From NCBI GenBank assembly GCA_964526905.1, contig CAZGMN010000002.1:1-43277 (forward strand): 43,277 nucleotides of DNA, given 5' to 3'. The notes under the pieces are model-generated. The model was not told the origin of the DNA and searched no databases. It worked only from the letters and a program-made list of their open reading frames with translations. Each line of letters opens with the position of its first letter. Positions within the stretch are counted from its first letter, which is position 1. The translations under genes were made by a program, and so were the position numbers. Source of the DNA: an uncultured Eubacteriales bacterium (GTDB lineage Bacteria > Acidobacteriota > Aminicenantia > Aminicenantales > Aminicenantaceae). This document shows, piece after piece, positions 27,489-36,414 of the stretch.

Positions 27489-28634
27489 ATGAATTTTGAG
27501 CTTAGGGAAGACCAGAAGCTGGTGCGGGAAATGGTCAGGGAATTTGCCCAGAAGGAAATTGCGCCCCGAGCAAAAATCTTGGAGCAAAACAGCCAATTTC
27601 CTGGGGAGCTCTTAAAAGAGCTGGCCAAACTTGGAACCCTGGGCATGACTGTTCCCCCTGAATACGGAGGAGTTAAAACAGACTATCTTTCTTTCGTCTT
27701 TGCTCTGGAAGAAATCAGCCGAGTTTCTCCCGCGCTGGCCGTCATCGTCAGCGTCCACTGTTCCCTCTTCTGTTATTCCATCCTCAGCTTTGGAAACAAA
27801 AGGCAAAAGGAGAAATACCTTCCTCCAGCGGCCAGAGGCGAGATTCTAGGAGCCTTTTCTCTGACAGAACCGGGTTCGGGGTCGGATGCCACAAACTTGA
27901 AGACAAAAGCCATAAAAAAGGGCGATGTTTACCTTCTCAACGGGACAAAGGCTTGGGTCACCAGCGGAAGCGAAGCCGATGCTTCCATCATCTTTGCTCT
28001 GAGCGAGGTTACACCCGGAGTCGTAAAGCCGAGTGCTTTTATTGTTGAGAGAAATTTTCCAGGTTTCCGAGTCTCCAAAATTGAGGAAAAGATGGGACTT
28101 CATTCTTCTCCCACCGCAGAATTCGTCCTGGAAGACTGCCAGGTCCCTGCAGAAAATCTCTTGGGAGAGGAAGGCAAGGGAGCAACAATCGCTTTTCAGT
28201 GCCTTGACTGCTCGAGAATCGGAATCGCTGCTCAAGCTGTTGGTCTTTCAGAGCAAGCGCTTGAAGAAGCCGTTAGATTCGCCCGGCAAAGGGAGGCCTT
28301 CGGCAAAAGAATTTCAGAATTTCAGGCCATTCAATTCATGATTGCCGACATGTCCACACTCATCGATGCGGCGCGGCTTCTGGCCTACAAGGCTGCTGAT
28401 TTGAAAGACCGCGGCAAGCCGTTCAGCAAAGAGGCTTCCATGGCCAAACTCTTTGCTTCAGAAGCAGCCAATAGAATCGCCTACATGGCTCTGCAGATTC
28501 ATGGAGGTTATGGCTATTCCAAAGAATTCTTGGTTGAGCAGCTCTACAGGGATGCCAGAGTCCTGACCATCTATGAAGGGACTTCTGAAATACAAAGGCT
28601 CGTCATCTCCAGACATCTTCTCCGAGAAGAGTAA
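27489..28634 (+). CDS. Acyl-CoA dehydrogenase (short/medium-chain type)
   Basis: 381 aa. Motifs: GAFSLTEPGSGSDA, WVTSG, QIHGGYGY, IYEGTSEIQRLVISR. Confidence 0.92.
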   Translation: MNFELREDQKLVREMVREFAQKEIAPRAKILEQNSQFPGELLKELAKLGTLGMTVPPEYGGVKTDYLSFVFALEEISRVSPALAVIVSVHCSLFCYSILSFGNKRQKEKYLPPAARGEILGAFSLTEPGSGSDATNLKTKAIKKGDVYLLNGTKAWVTSGSEADASIIFALSEVTPGVVKPSAFIVERNFPGFRVSKIEEKMGLHSSPTAEFVLEDCQVPAENLLGEEGKGATIAFQCLDCSRIGIAAQAVGLSEQALEEAVRFARQREAFGKRISEFQAIQFMIADMSTLIDAARLLAYKAADLKDRGKPFSKEASMAKLFASEAANRIAYMALQIHGGYGYSKEFLVEQLYRDARVLTIYEGTSEIQRLVISRHLLREE

Positions 28635-28720
28635 GGCGATTAGATAATGAATTGAGGATTCAGCGGCTCTCTTTAAAATTTAGCGTGGAATATCAGAAAA
28701 GAAACATTTGAGGTGAGACG

Positions 28721-30649
28721 ATGTTAAAGGCAATGCGAAAACAGGTGAAAAAGTTAACTCCCACCTTATGGATAGTCATTGGCTCTTTTATCCTGGCTAT
28801 TTTCGCTGTCTGGGGAGGAGGTCAACAATTAGGAAGGGGAGCAGGCGCCTCGAATCTTGCCAGCGTCGGAGGGAAAAAAATCTCCACAAATTTTTATTTC
28901 CAGACTCTTAGAGACAGGCTCGAAACTCTAAAAGGACAGTACAAGGACCTCGATAAAAACCTGATTCAACAGCTCAACATCCCCCAGCAGGTTCTGGAGG
29001 AGATTATCCAGCAAAATCTTCTCCTCCAGGCGGCTCAAGGCATGGGAATCCAAGCCTCAAACGATGAAATTCGGGACAGAATAAAAACTATATTCCAGCG
29101 GGACGGAAAATTCATCGGCCTTAATGAATACAAAAGAATATTGAACTGGAACCGTCTTTCCACTTCTCAATTCGAAGAGAGCCTGAAAAGAGAAATTGTC
29201 ATCAACAAACTTCTCAAGGTCCTCACCGCCGGCATCACCGTCACTCCAGAAGAACTCTGGGAAAGCTATAAAAACGATAATGAATCGGCCAAGATGGAAT
29301 ACGCCGTCCTAGAAACAGATAAGATGGAAATTAGAGAAGAGCCTGAGGAGAGTCAGCTCAAGGAATATTTTGACAAGAACAAGGAGAATTACAGAATTCC
29401 TGAAAGAAGAGAAGGAAACCTGGTTTTTCTCAATACGGACGAGATAAAAAAGGAAATCAAAATCCTCGATCCAGAAATCGAGAAATATTATAAAGCGAAC
29501 CTCTCTCAATTCCAGGAAGCAGAAAGAGTGCGAGTCAGCCGCATCTATCTTCCCTATGAAAACAAACAAAAGGAAATTGTCGCGGCAGAAGCCAAGAGCA
29601 TTCTGGAGAAAATTCAAAAAGGCGAGAACTTCGCCGCCTTGGCCAAGGCAAACTCCAAAGATAAAAAAGCTACAGAGAGCGGAGACTGGGGGCTTTATGA
29701 ATGGAAGACCTTGTCTTCTGCGGAGCAGAAAGAGATTGAAAGGCTTGCCGAGGGTGGGACATCTGATATTTTAGAACTTGACGACGGCCTCTCCATCCTT
29801 AAAGTTACAGAAAAAAAGCCCCCTTTCACCAAGCCCCTTGAAGAGGTCAGAGACAAGGTCCGCAGCGCCCTCGAAGACCAAAAAGCAAGGGAATTGGCTG
29901 AAGAGAGGATCTCGAATTTAGAGAAGGACGTCCGAAAGGAGAAAAGCCTCGATGCGGCTGCAAAAAAAGCAGGCTTTCAAATCAAAACAACAGGCCTTCT
30001 CAAGGAGGGCGATGCCTTTGAAGACATTGACTCTTCGGGTATGATCAGCAACACTCTCTTCCAACTCCAAGAAAAACAGACTTCCTCACCTATCTTCACC
30101 TACCGGGGGGTGGGAATTGCCGAGCTGGAAAAGATTGAGCCCCTGCGCCTGGCAGAGTTTAATGAAGTGGAGGATAAGGTCAAAGCGGAATTCGTCGCTA
30201 TAAGAAAAAAAGAAGCGGCTCTGGAAAAGATGAAAAACGTCAGGGCAGAACTCAAGCAAACAGCGCTCGAAAAGCTGGCTGAAAAGTATAAGCTTGAATA
30301 CAAGACTGGAGAAGAGCACAAACGGGGTCAATATCTCAGCATCATCGGCGAGAATCCAAAAGTCGATGAACTGGCTTTCTCCCTCCCCATCAATGAAGCG
30401 AGCGAGCCCATCGAGTTTAAAGACGGCTATGCCCTGATAAGGGTCCTGAGCAGGAAAGAAGTGAATCAGGAAGACTTCGAAAAGAATAAAGAAAAGGAAA
30501 GAGAAAACCTGCTGGAGGCAAAAAGAAACAAGTTTCTCCATTCCTACTTGATGAAATTGAGAAAAGAGCGGGGAGTCAAAATCAGATACGACCTCTTCCT
30601 GAAGACAACCTCTGATGTCCTCTCCAGGTATGGAGGAGAGGAAAAATAA
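28721..30649 (+). CDS. PpiD-like periplasmic chaperone / parvulin-type peptidyl-prolyl isomerase
   Basis: 642 aa. It has an N-terminal TM anchor (LWIVIGSFILAIFAVWG), a SurA-N-like region, and a PPIC-type segment (VRVSRIYLPYEN...GENFAALAKANSKD...SGDWG). Confidence 0.8.
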   Translation: MLKAMRKQVKKLTPTLWIVIGSFILAIFAVWGGGQQLGRGAGASNLASVGGKKISTNFYFQTLRDRLETLKGQYKDLDKNLIQQLNIPQQVLEEIIQQNLLLQAAQGMGIQASNDEIRDRIKTIFQRDGKFIGLNEYKRILNWNRLSTSQFEESLKREIVINKLLKVLTAGITVTPEELWESYKNDNESAKMEYAVLETDKMEIREEPEESQLKEYFDKNKENYRIPERREGNLVFLNTDEIKKEIKILDPEIEKYYKANLSQFQEAERVRVSRIYLPYENKQKEIVAAEAKSILEKIQKGENFAALAKANSKDKKATESGDWGLYEWKTLSSAEQKEIERLAEGGTSDILELDDGLSILKVTEKKPPFTKPLEEVRDKVRSALEDQKARELAEERISNLEKDVRKEKSLDAAAKKAGFQIKTTGLLKEGDAFEDIDSSGMISNTLFQLQEKQTSSPIFTYRGVGIAELEKIEPLRLAEFNEVEDKVKAEFVAIRKKEAALEKMKNVRAELKQTALEKLAEKYKLEYKTGEEHKRGQYLSIIGENPKVDELAFSLPINEASEPIEFKDGYALIRVLSRKEVNQEDFEKNKEKERENLLEAKRNKFLHSYLMKLRKERGVKIRYDLFLKTTSDVLSRYGGEEK

Positions 30650-30695
30650 GCCAGGGGAAAATTCTTAGCAAAAGCCGAAAATCTTTTTTATCCCC

Positions 30696-31451
30696 TCAGG
30701 AAAGGATAATTTCTGAGAGGAGTTTCTTGACCCTTTCCTCCTGGGCTTTCCTGAATCTCTCGATGGTTTCTGAAAAATCTTTACCCAGATAGTCTTTGAC
30801 ATACATTGGCTCTCCGACATTGACTCTGACCTTGACAGGAACCAGAAATGGAAAATGGGTCCCAAAAACGGCCAGAGGCGTTATCGGAACGGATATTCCT
30901 TCTTGGTAAAGGCTGTAGGAGATGATGGAAGCTCCCCTCTTGAAATCCCTTACATAGGGATTCGCGTCTTTTTTCTCAACCCGGCCCCTGCCCTGAAGAG
31001 CGACGATGGCTTTCCCCTCTTTCAGATGGCTTTGGCATTGTTCTATGGCCAGAGTTTTTCCGCCGTACATATCGACAGGTATCATCCCAACCTTTCCGAT
31101 ATTGGTCGTGATGTAATTGACAAAAATGGATTTTATGGGACTAAGGATAAGATCCAAGAAAACTCCGAATCTCTTGAGGTGTCTCTGAGCATGTTTCCTG
31201 ATGAGAAAATTAAATTCATTTTTGTTGAAGATCATCTTGTTGGCAGTAAAAAAGATTGGCCTGGGAACAATTTTCAATAAAGTCGCTATATCCTTAAAGG
31301 AGCCGATATGATTGCCGATCAAGATGTTCGGCCCTTTCTTGATAAAATTCTCTTGGCCTTTGACAACGATTTTCTTCCCCAGAAGAGCAAGGGAGCTCAG
31401 CCTTCTCACCAAAGGCTCTTGTTTGCGATATTCCTCTTCAAAACTCGCCAT
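30696..31451 (-). CDS. Lysophospholipid (1-acyl-glycerol-3-phosphate-type) acyltransferase family protein
   Basis: 251 aa. NILIGNHIGSFKD is an HX4-5D-like acyltransferase box, with QGRG/VPITP-type downstream blocks. The spacing in the His/Asp box is one residue longer than canonical. Confidence 0.65.
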   Translation of the reverse strand: MASFEEEYRKQEPLVRRLSSLALLGKKIVVKGQENFIKKGPNILIGNHIGSFKDIATLLKIVPRPIFFTANKMIFNKNEFNFLIRKHAQRHLKRFGVFLDLILSPIKSIFVNYITTNIGKVGMIPVDMYGGKTLAIEQCQSHLKEGKAIVALQGRGRVEKKDANPYVRDFKRGASIISYSLYQEGISVPITPLAVFGTHFPFLVPVKVRVNVGEPMYVKDYLGKDFSETIERFRKAQEERVKKLLSEIILS

Positions 31452-31636
31452 GTTTCTGCTTCTATTTTTATATTTTAAACAAACTTGATAAAAAATTCAA
31501 AAAACTTAACTCATCGCAGGCCATTTTTATTATTGAGAATCATTCTCTGAGCTCTTCATCTAAAATATCTGATAAATCATAAGCGAGATTTACTTGAAAA
31601 CAAAAAGAAATCATGATACCTTAGCTCTAAAATTTT

Positions 31637-32848
31637 TTGATGAGCTCAGTGGCGAATTTTTTCAGGATGAAGAAAAAAATGATGACTTTAATCCAGAAGG
31701 GATTGGTCTTTGGACCAGAGCCTTTGGGGAAAAAGGATATCTTGATTCTTGATGATAAAATTGGAGCTGTCAGCGAACCGGGAAAAATCAAGATCAAAGG
31801 AATCGATTGTCATCTGGTCGATGCCTCGGAAAGAACCGTTATTCCCGGTCTCATCGACAGCCATGTCCACATCCTCGGCGGAGGCGGTGAGGGCGGCCCG
31901 GCAACAAGAGCTCCTGAAATAAGAATAGAAGATATCATCTCCAGCGGAGTGACGACCGTCATCGGTTGCCTGGGGACAGATGGGACGACGCGCCATATGG
32001 AATCTCTCCTGGCCAAGGCCAGAGGCCTGGAGAAGGAAGGGATAACAACTTATATATTTTCCGGCTCCTACCAGATTCCAGCCGTGACCATCACCGGAAG
32101 CGTCCTTTCCGACCTCATCCTCATCGACAAGGTCATCGGAGCAGGTGAAATAGCCATCTCTGATCACCGCTCTTCTCAGCCTCTCTTCGAAGAGATCGCC
32201 CGCCTGGCCGCTGAATGCCGAGTGGGAGGGATGCTCGGAGGAAAGGCAGGAATTCTCCATCTTCATCTCGGCGACGGGCCGCGCAGGCTCGAGATGCTCT
32301 TCCGCTTGATAAAGGAGACGGAGATTCCAGCGACGCAAGTTATCCCGACTCACGTCAACCGCAATCAAGAGCTTTTCAAGGAAGCGGTCGAATTCCTCCT
32401 CCAAGGAGGATATATAGATTTGACCGCAGGGAGCGACCCTCAAATTCGCGGCGATGGCGAAATGGGCATCGCGGCAGCAGTAAAATTTGTCCTTGAAAAA
32501 AAGGCTCCCATCGACCAGATCACTGTCAGCTCCGACAGCAACGGAAGCATGCCTGTCTTTGACAAGAAAGGAAATCTTTTAGGGCTGACCATCGCCACTC
32601 AAAAAAGCCTGCTCAAAAATTTTCGCTTCCTGGTGAAAAAGAAAATTCTTAGTCTTGAGGATGCTATAAAACTTTTTTCCACCAACCCTGCCACCTTCTA
32701 TAAACTCGAACAGAAGGGGAAAATTGAAGCGGGAAAAGACGCCGACCTGATCTTGCTCGACAACAATTACGCCTTAACCGATTCTTTCGCCAGGGGAAGG
32801 ATAATGATCAGGGACAAAAAGCTTGTGGTCAGAGGAACATTCTCTTAA
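31637..32848 (+). CDS. iadA: Isoaspartyl dipeptidase
   Basis: Close colinear resemblance to the E. coli IadA pattern: VIPGLIDSHVHILGGGGEGGPATRAPE, VTTVIGCLGTDGTTRH, LAKARGLEKEGIT, ISDHRSSQP, RVGGMLGGKAGILHLHLGDG, IPTHVNRN, VSSDSNGS, GKDADL. The ORF opens at a TTG (31637). The real start is probably the ATG at 31667 or 31679. Confidence 0.9.
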   Translation: MMSSVANFFRMKKKMMTLIQKGLVFGPEPLGKKDILILDDKIGAVSEPGKIKIKGIDCHLVDASERTVIPGLIDSHVHILGGGGEGGPATRAPEIRIEDIISSGVTTVIGCLGTDGTTRHMESLLAKARGLEKEGITTYIFSGSYQIPAVTITGSVLSDLILIDKVIGAGEIAISDHRSSQPLFEEIARLAAECRVGGMLGGKAGILHLHLGDGPRRLEMLFRLIKETEIPATQVIPTHVNRNQELFKEAVEFLLQGGYIDLTAGSDPQIRGDGEMGIAAAVKFVLEKKAPIDQITVSSDSNGSMPVFDKKGNLLGLTIATQKSLLKNFRFLVKKKILSLEDAIKLFSTNPATFYKLEQKGKIEAGKDADLILLDNNYALTDSFARGRIMIRDKKLVVRGTFS

Positions 32849-32873
32849 GCTCTCAAGGCATAAAGAATAAAGG

Positions 32874-34319
32874 ATGAGAAAAGGAAGAGAGATGAACAAA
32901 AACGTAGAGAATGAAAAGCAAAAATCCAAAGAGCCGCGACTCGGCATTGCCCTCATCCCGATGATCGCCATGGGCCTTCTTCTGGGCGTCGGATACGGCA
33001 TATACCAAATCAAGCCCCAGGTTCTGCTTGTTGTCGCTGCCTTTATCACCGGCATCCTGGGCTTTATCCTGCGCTTCAAATGGAAAGAGATGGAAAGGGG
33101 AATCGTCGACAGCATCCACCAAGCCATGCCCGCCATCTTGATCATGCTCTGCGTCGGCATTCTCATCGGCTCCTGGATCGCTTCGGGCACCATTCCCATG
33201 GTCATCTATTACGGATTAAAGCTCATCTCCCCCAGGTATTTCCTGCTGACCGCTTGCTTTGTTTGTTCGATCACCTCTCTGGCTACAGGAACATCCTGGG
33301 GAACGATCGGCACGCTGGGAGTGGCTTTTATTGGAATCGCCCTTGGGCTTAGAATTCCCCTTGCTCCGGCGGCTGGAGCCATCGTCGCCGGAGCTTATTT
33401 TGGAGACAAGATGTCTCCCCTTTCAGATATTCCCAACCTGGCGGTGGTCGCCGCAGGCTCCAATCTTTTTGACCATATCAAGCATATGATGTGGTCGGGC
33501 GTCCCGGCATGGATCATAGGACTTTTAATCTATTTCTTTGCGGGGTTCAAATACAAAGGGGGGGAAGTTGAAAACGAGACTATGGCTCTCATCACCCGGA
33601 CATTAAAAAATAACTTCCGCTTCAATCTCCTCCTTCTCCTGCCGATGGTCGTCGTTTTCTACTTTGCCTTCACCAAAAAACCGACAATCCCAGGGATGCT
33701 CCTCTCCTCCTTTGTGGCCGGCATTCTGGCCATCATCTTCCAGAAGGCATCTGTCTCTGCGGTTGCCACGGCTATGAATACTGGCTATCAAGCACAGACG
33801 GGTGTTCCACAGGTCGACCAGCTCATCTCAAGAGGAGGAATGATGAGCATGATGGAAACGCAGCTTGTGGCCTTTACCGCTTTTAGCTTTGGGGGAATCA
33901 TGCAGGCAACCGGGCTTCTGGCAGTTATCCTCGACCGAGTGATGAAATTTGCCAACAAGGTCTGGAGCATTGTCCTGACCACAGTTGGCTCGAGCATCAT
34001 CACCGCCTTGATCACTGGCAGCTCCTATCTGTCGATGATTATTCCCGGAGACCTGCTCTCTCCTGTCTATAAGAAAAAAGGGCTTGCTGCAAAAAACCTA
34101 TCCCGGATTATCGAAGAGAGCGGGGCCATCATCGTTCCCTTAATCCCCTGGAGCATGGCCGGCGTCTATATCAAGGGAACCTTAGGAGTCTCTGCCTTTT
34201 CCTATCTTCCTTGGGCCGTGATGAATTACACAGCCGTCGTGATCTTGATTATCTTCGGCTTTACAAAGTTCACCATGGCTCCAAAAATTAGGGATGATGA
34301 AACCCAGATAGGAAGCTAG
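32874..34319 (+). CDS. NhaC-family antiporter/transporter
   Basis: 481 aa, ~11-12 TM, with an NhaC-like pattern (GSWIASGTIPMVIYYGL, TSWGTIGTLGVAFIGIA, GAYFGDKMSPLSD, PWSMAG). An alternative start at 32892 has the better RBS. Confidence 0.8.
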   Translation: MRKGREMNKNVENEKQKSKEPRLGIALIPMIAMGLLLGVGYGIYQIKPQVLLVVAAFITGILGFILRFKWKEMERGIVDSIHQAMPAILIMLCVGILIGSWIASGTIPMVIYYGLKLISPRYFLLTACFVCSITSLATGTSWGTIGTLGVAFIGIALGLRIPLAPAAGAIVAGAYFGDKMSPLSDIPNLAVVAAGSNLFDHIKHMMWSGVPAWIIGLLIYFFAGFKYKGGEVENETMALITRTLKNNFRFNLLLLLPMVVVFYFAFTKKPTIPGMLLSSFVAGILAIIFQKASVSAVATAMNTGYQAQTGVPQVDQLISRGGMMSMMETQLVAFTAFSFGGIMQATGLLAVILDRVMKFANKVWSIVLTTVGSSIITALITGSSYLSMIIPGDLLSPVYKKKGLAAKNLSRIIEESGAIIVPLIPWSMAGVYIKGTLGVSAFSYLPWAVMNYTAVVILIIFGFTKFTMAPKIRDDETQIGS

Positions 34320-34332
34320 AGGGACCTTGCAG

Positions 34333-34605
34333 CTATTCTTCCTTTTGAGCCTTGATGATAGCCTTTTTGAATCCTTCTTCAGCCTTCTCGCGTTTTTTCA
34401 TGGCTAGCTCAGCCGTCGCTTCAAACTTTCTCTCGAATTCGCCTTTTCTCTTCTTTTCCTTCAAGAGCAGTTCATCCAAGGATTCCTTTTTCTTTCCCCC
34501 TTTTTTTTCGAGCTGAACCACTTCTTGGGCCACCGGATCAACCCAGAGCAAGCTTTCGCAGCAGGGGCACTTGACCTGGAACACATGCTTTTTTTCTTTT
34601 TCCAT
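34333..34605 (-). CDS. Hypothetical small Lys/Glu-rich protein with an N-terminal CPCC knuckle
   Basis: 90 aa. FQVKCPCCESLLWVD is followed by a highly charged helical tail. I recognise no family. Confidence 0.45.
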   Translation of the reverse strand: MEKEKKHVFQVKCPCCESLLWVDPVAQEVVQLEKKGGKKKESLDELLLKEKKRKGEFERKFEATAELAMKKREKAEEGFKKAIIKAQKEE

Positions 34606-34680
34606 TTTTTAATAACTTTAACAAAAAAAATAATTCAAGACAAGAAACTCCCTTAAGGTAAGAATCTTTTTTCTGCGATT

Positions 34681-34731
34681 AAAAAAAATTACAGCTCAGC
34701 CTGCGTGTTTTCGAGACACCTAGCCTGAGCC
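34681..34731 (-). terminator. Rho-independent terminator after the GAF/sigma-54 activator gene
   Basis: The minus strand reads GCTCAGGCT...AGGCTGAGC (8 of 9 bp) with an inner GTGT/ACAC stem, followed by TGTAATTTTTTTT. Confidence 0.6.
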
Positions 34732-34748
34732 ATCGGACTCAAGCCTGT

Positions 34749-36215
34749 CTAACTTTTTTTCTGGGGAACATCTATTCTGTGCTTTTTTATCAGCTTAAAA
34801 AGTCCCTGCCGGCTTAAGCCGATCTCTTCTGCGGTCTTCCCTTTATTGTAATTCCAGCGGGCCAAAGCTTGGTTTAAAAACCTCCTCTCGAACTCAGCTC
34901 TCGCCTCCAGGAAATTGTAAGGAGAGAGCTTGGGCTTTTCTTTTTGGGGGCTAATTTTGAGAGAGAGGTGCTCTTCAGCAATGATCTCATCCTCCCCGAC
35001 GAGGATCAAGCATCTCTGGATTTCATTCTGAAGCTCTCTCACATTTCCTGGCCACGAGTAATTCATCAACAACTCTAAAGCCGCGGGCGATAGATACGGC
35101 CTCTCCCTGCCCATCTTGTGGCTGTACTTTTCCAGAAAATGGTTGAGAAGGAAAAAAAGGTCTTCTTTCCTCTCTCTCAGCGGAGGAAATTCAATGGCGA
35201 TAATCTTAAGGCGATAGTACAAATCTTCCCGAAAGTTGCCCCGTTTAACTTCCTCTTCAATGTTTTTGTTTGTGGCACTGATAAACCTGACATCGACCAC
35301 TCTCGACCTGTTTTCTCCTATTCTTCTTATCTCTTTTTCTTCAAGGAGACGGAGAAGCTTTGCCTGGAGATGGAGGGAAAGGTCTCCTATCTCATCAAAA
35401 AAAAATGTTCCGCCGTTTGATTCTTCAATCAAGCCCGGCTTATCCCTCACAGCTCCGGTAAAGGCTCCTTTCCTATAACCGAACAATTCGCTTTCCAAAA
35501 GATTTTCGGGTATCGCTCCGCAATTGACCGCCATGAATTTTCCTTTTTTTCTAGAGCCAGTCTGATGGATCGTGCGGGCGACAAGTTCTTTTCCAGTGCC
35601 GCTTTCTCCCCAAATGAAAACTGGAGCATCACTGTCTTTGACTCTGTCGATCAATGTCAGAATACGGCGGAAAGCTTTGCTCTGCCCGACAAGCAAAGGA
35701 TTCGTCGCCTCGGCGCCCTTCCCTCCGATTCCTTGGAGCTCATGGCGGCTCTTTAAAATCAACTGAATAGGCTTAGAAATGGCTATCAAAAATTCCAAAT
35801 TGGCCCTGGAGAAGGGAAGACAAGCAAACCTTCTCTCAAGATAAACAACGCCCGCGGCCTTATTATCGATGAGAAGAGGAAGGCAGAGAATACTCTTTGA
35901 GCTTCTCTGGCTCTCCCCCAAAGAGCGACGCCCATCAGAATTATCGATGATGAAGGGATGTTTTTCTTCAAGTGCCTTTCTAATCGTTTCTTGATCCAAA
36001 TCTTCGTCATCCGCCAGGGCTCTCCTGCGTGATTCGTTGAAAACCACCTGATTTTTCTCATCGACCAGGAGGACCGCAACGTAGCTGGCTGGGATCTCTT
36101 CCATAATCAGATCCAGAAGCATTGCCAGCTTGGAGGACTTCTGAGTCAACTTTGTTTCTTGATCAGGATTCATGTCTCTTATTTGACCAGAATTCAGAGG
36201 GCTTGGCCGGCTCAT
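34749..36215 (-). CDS. Sigma-54-dependent transcriptional activator with an N-terminal GAF-like sensor domain (no receiver domain)
   Basis: 488 aa. AAA+ motifs are GESGTGKE, KGAFTGA and a Walker B (FFFDEIGDL). The C-terminal HTH is KGKTAEEIGLSRQGLFKLIKKH. The N-terminal ~170 aa are GAF-like (SYVAVLLVDEKN...ILCLPLLIDNKAAGVVYLER). Confidence 0.9.
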   Translation of the reverse strand: MSRPSPLNSGQIRDMNPDQETKLTQKSSKLAMLLDLIMEEIPASYVAVLLVDEKNQVVFNESRRRALADDEDLDQETIRKALEEKHPFIIDNSDGRRSLGESQRSSKSILCLPLLIDNKAAGVVYLERRFACLPFSRANLEFLIAISKPIQLILKSRHELQGIGGKGAEATNPLLVGQSKAFRRILTLIDRVKDSDAPVFIWGESGTGKELVARTIHQTGSRKKGKFMAVNCGAIPENLLESELFGYRKGAFTGAVRDKPGLIEESNGGTFFFDEIGDLSLHLQAKLLRLLEEKEIRRIGENRSRVVDVRFISATNKNIEEEVKRGNFREDLYYRLKIIAIEFPPLRERKEDLFFLLNHFLEKYSHKMGRERPYLSPAALELLMNYSWPGNVRELQNEIQRCLILVGEDEIIAEEHLSLKISPQKEKPKLSPYNFLEARAEFERRFLNQALARWNYNKGKTAEEIGLSRQGLFKLIKKHRIDVPQKKS

Positions 36216-36414
36216 CCCAGGGCAAGACTTTTTCTTAAAGAGTTTTCAGCTCCACGCTCTCTTCAGGAATTTCTTAGTACAAATAACGATTGTTTCTTTG
36301 AGTTTTTCTCACAAAATTGGCCTTGACGGCGAGAGCTCAAAGAGGCTCTTTGCAATGAAGTTAAAAAAGTGGTGCTGAGAAAAAACAGAAAAGGAAATAA
36401 AAAAGAGGAAGGAA

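Noticed and set aside
30653-30696. Imperfect hairpin (AGGGGAAAA...TTTT-A-TCCCCT) between the convergent ppiD and acyltransferase genes, considered as a bidirectional terminator
   Set aside because: The loop is ~22 nt, there is a bulge in the stem, no T-tract follows on the plus strand, and the 3' arm abuts the acyltransferase stop codon.
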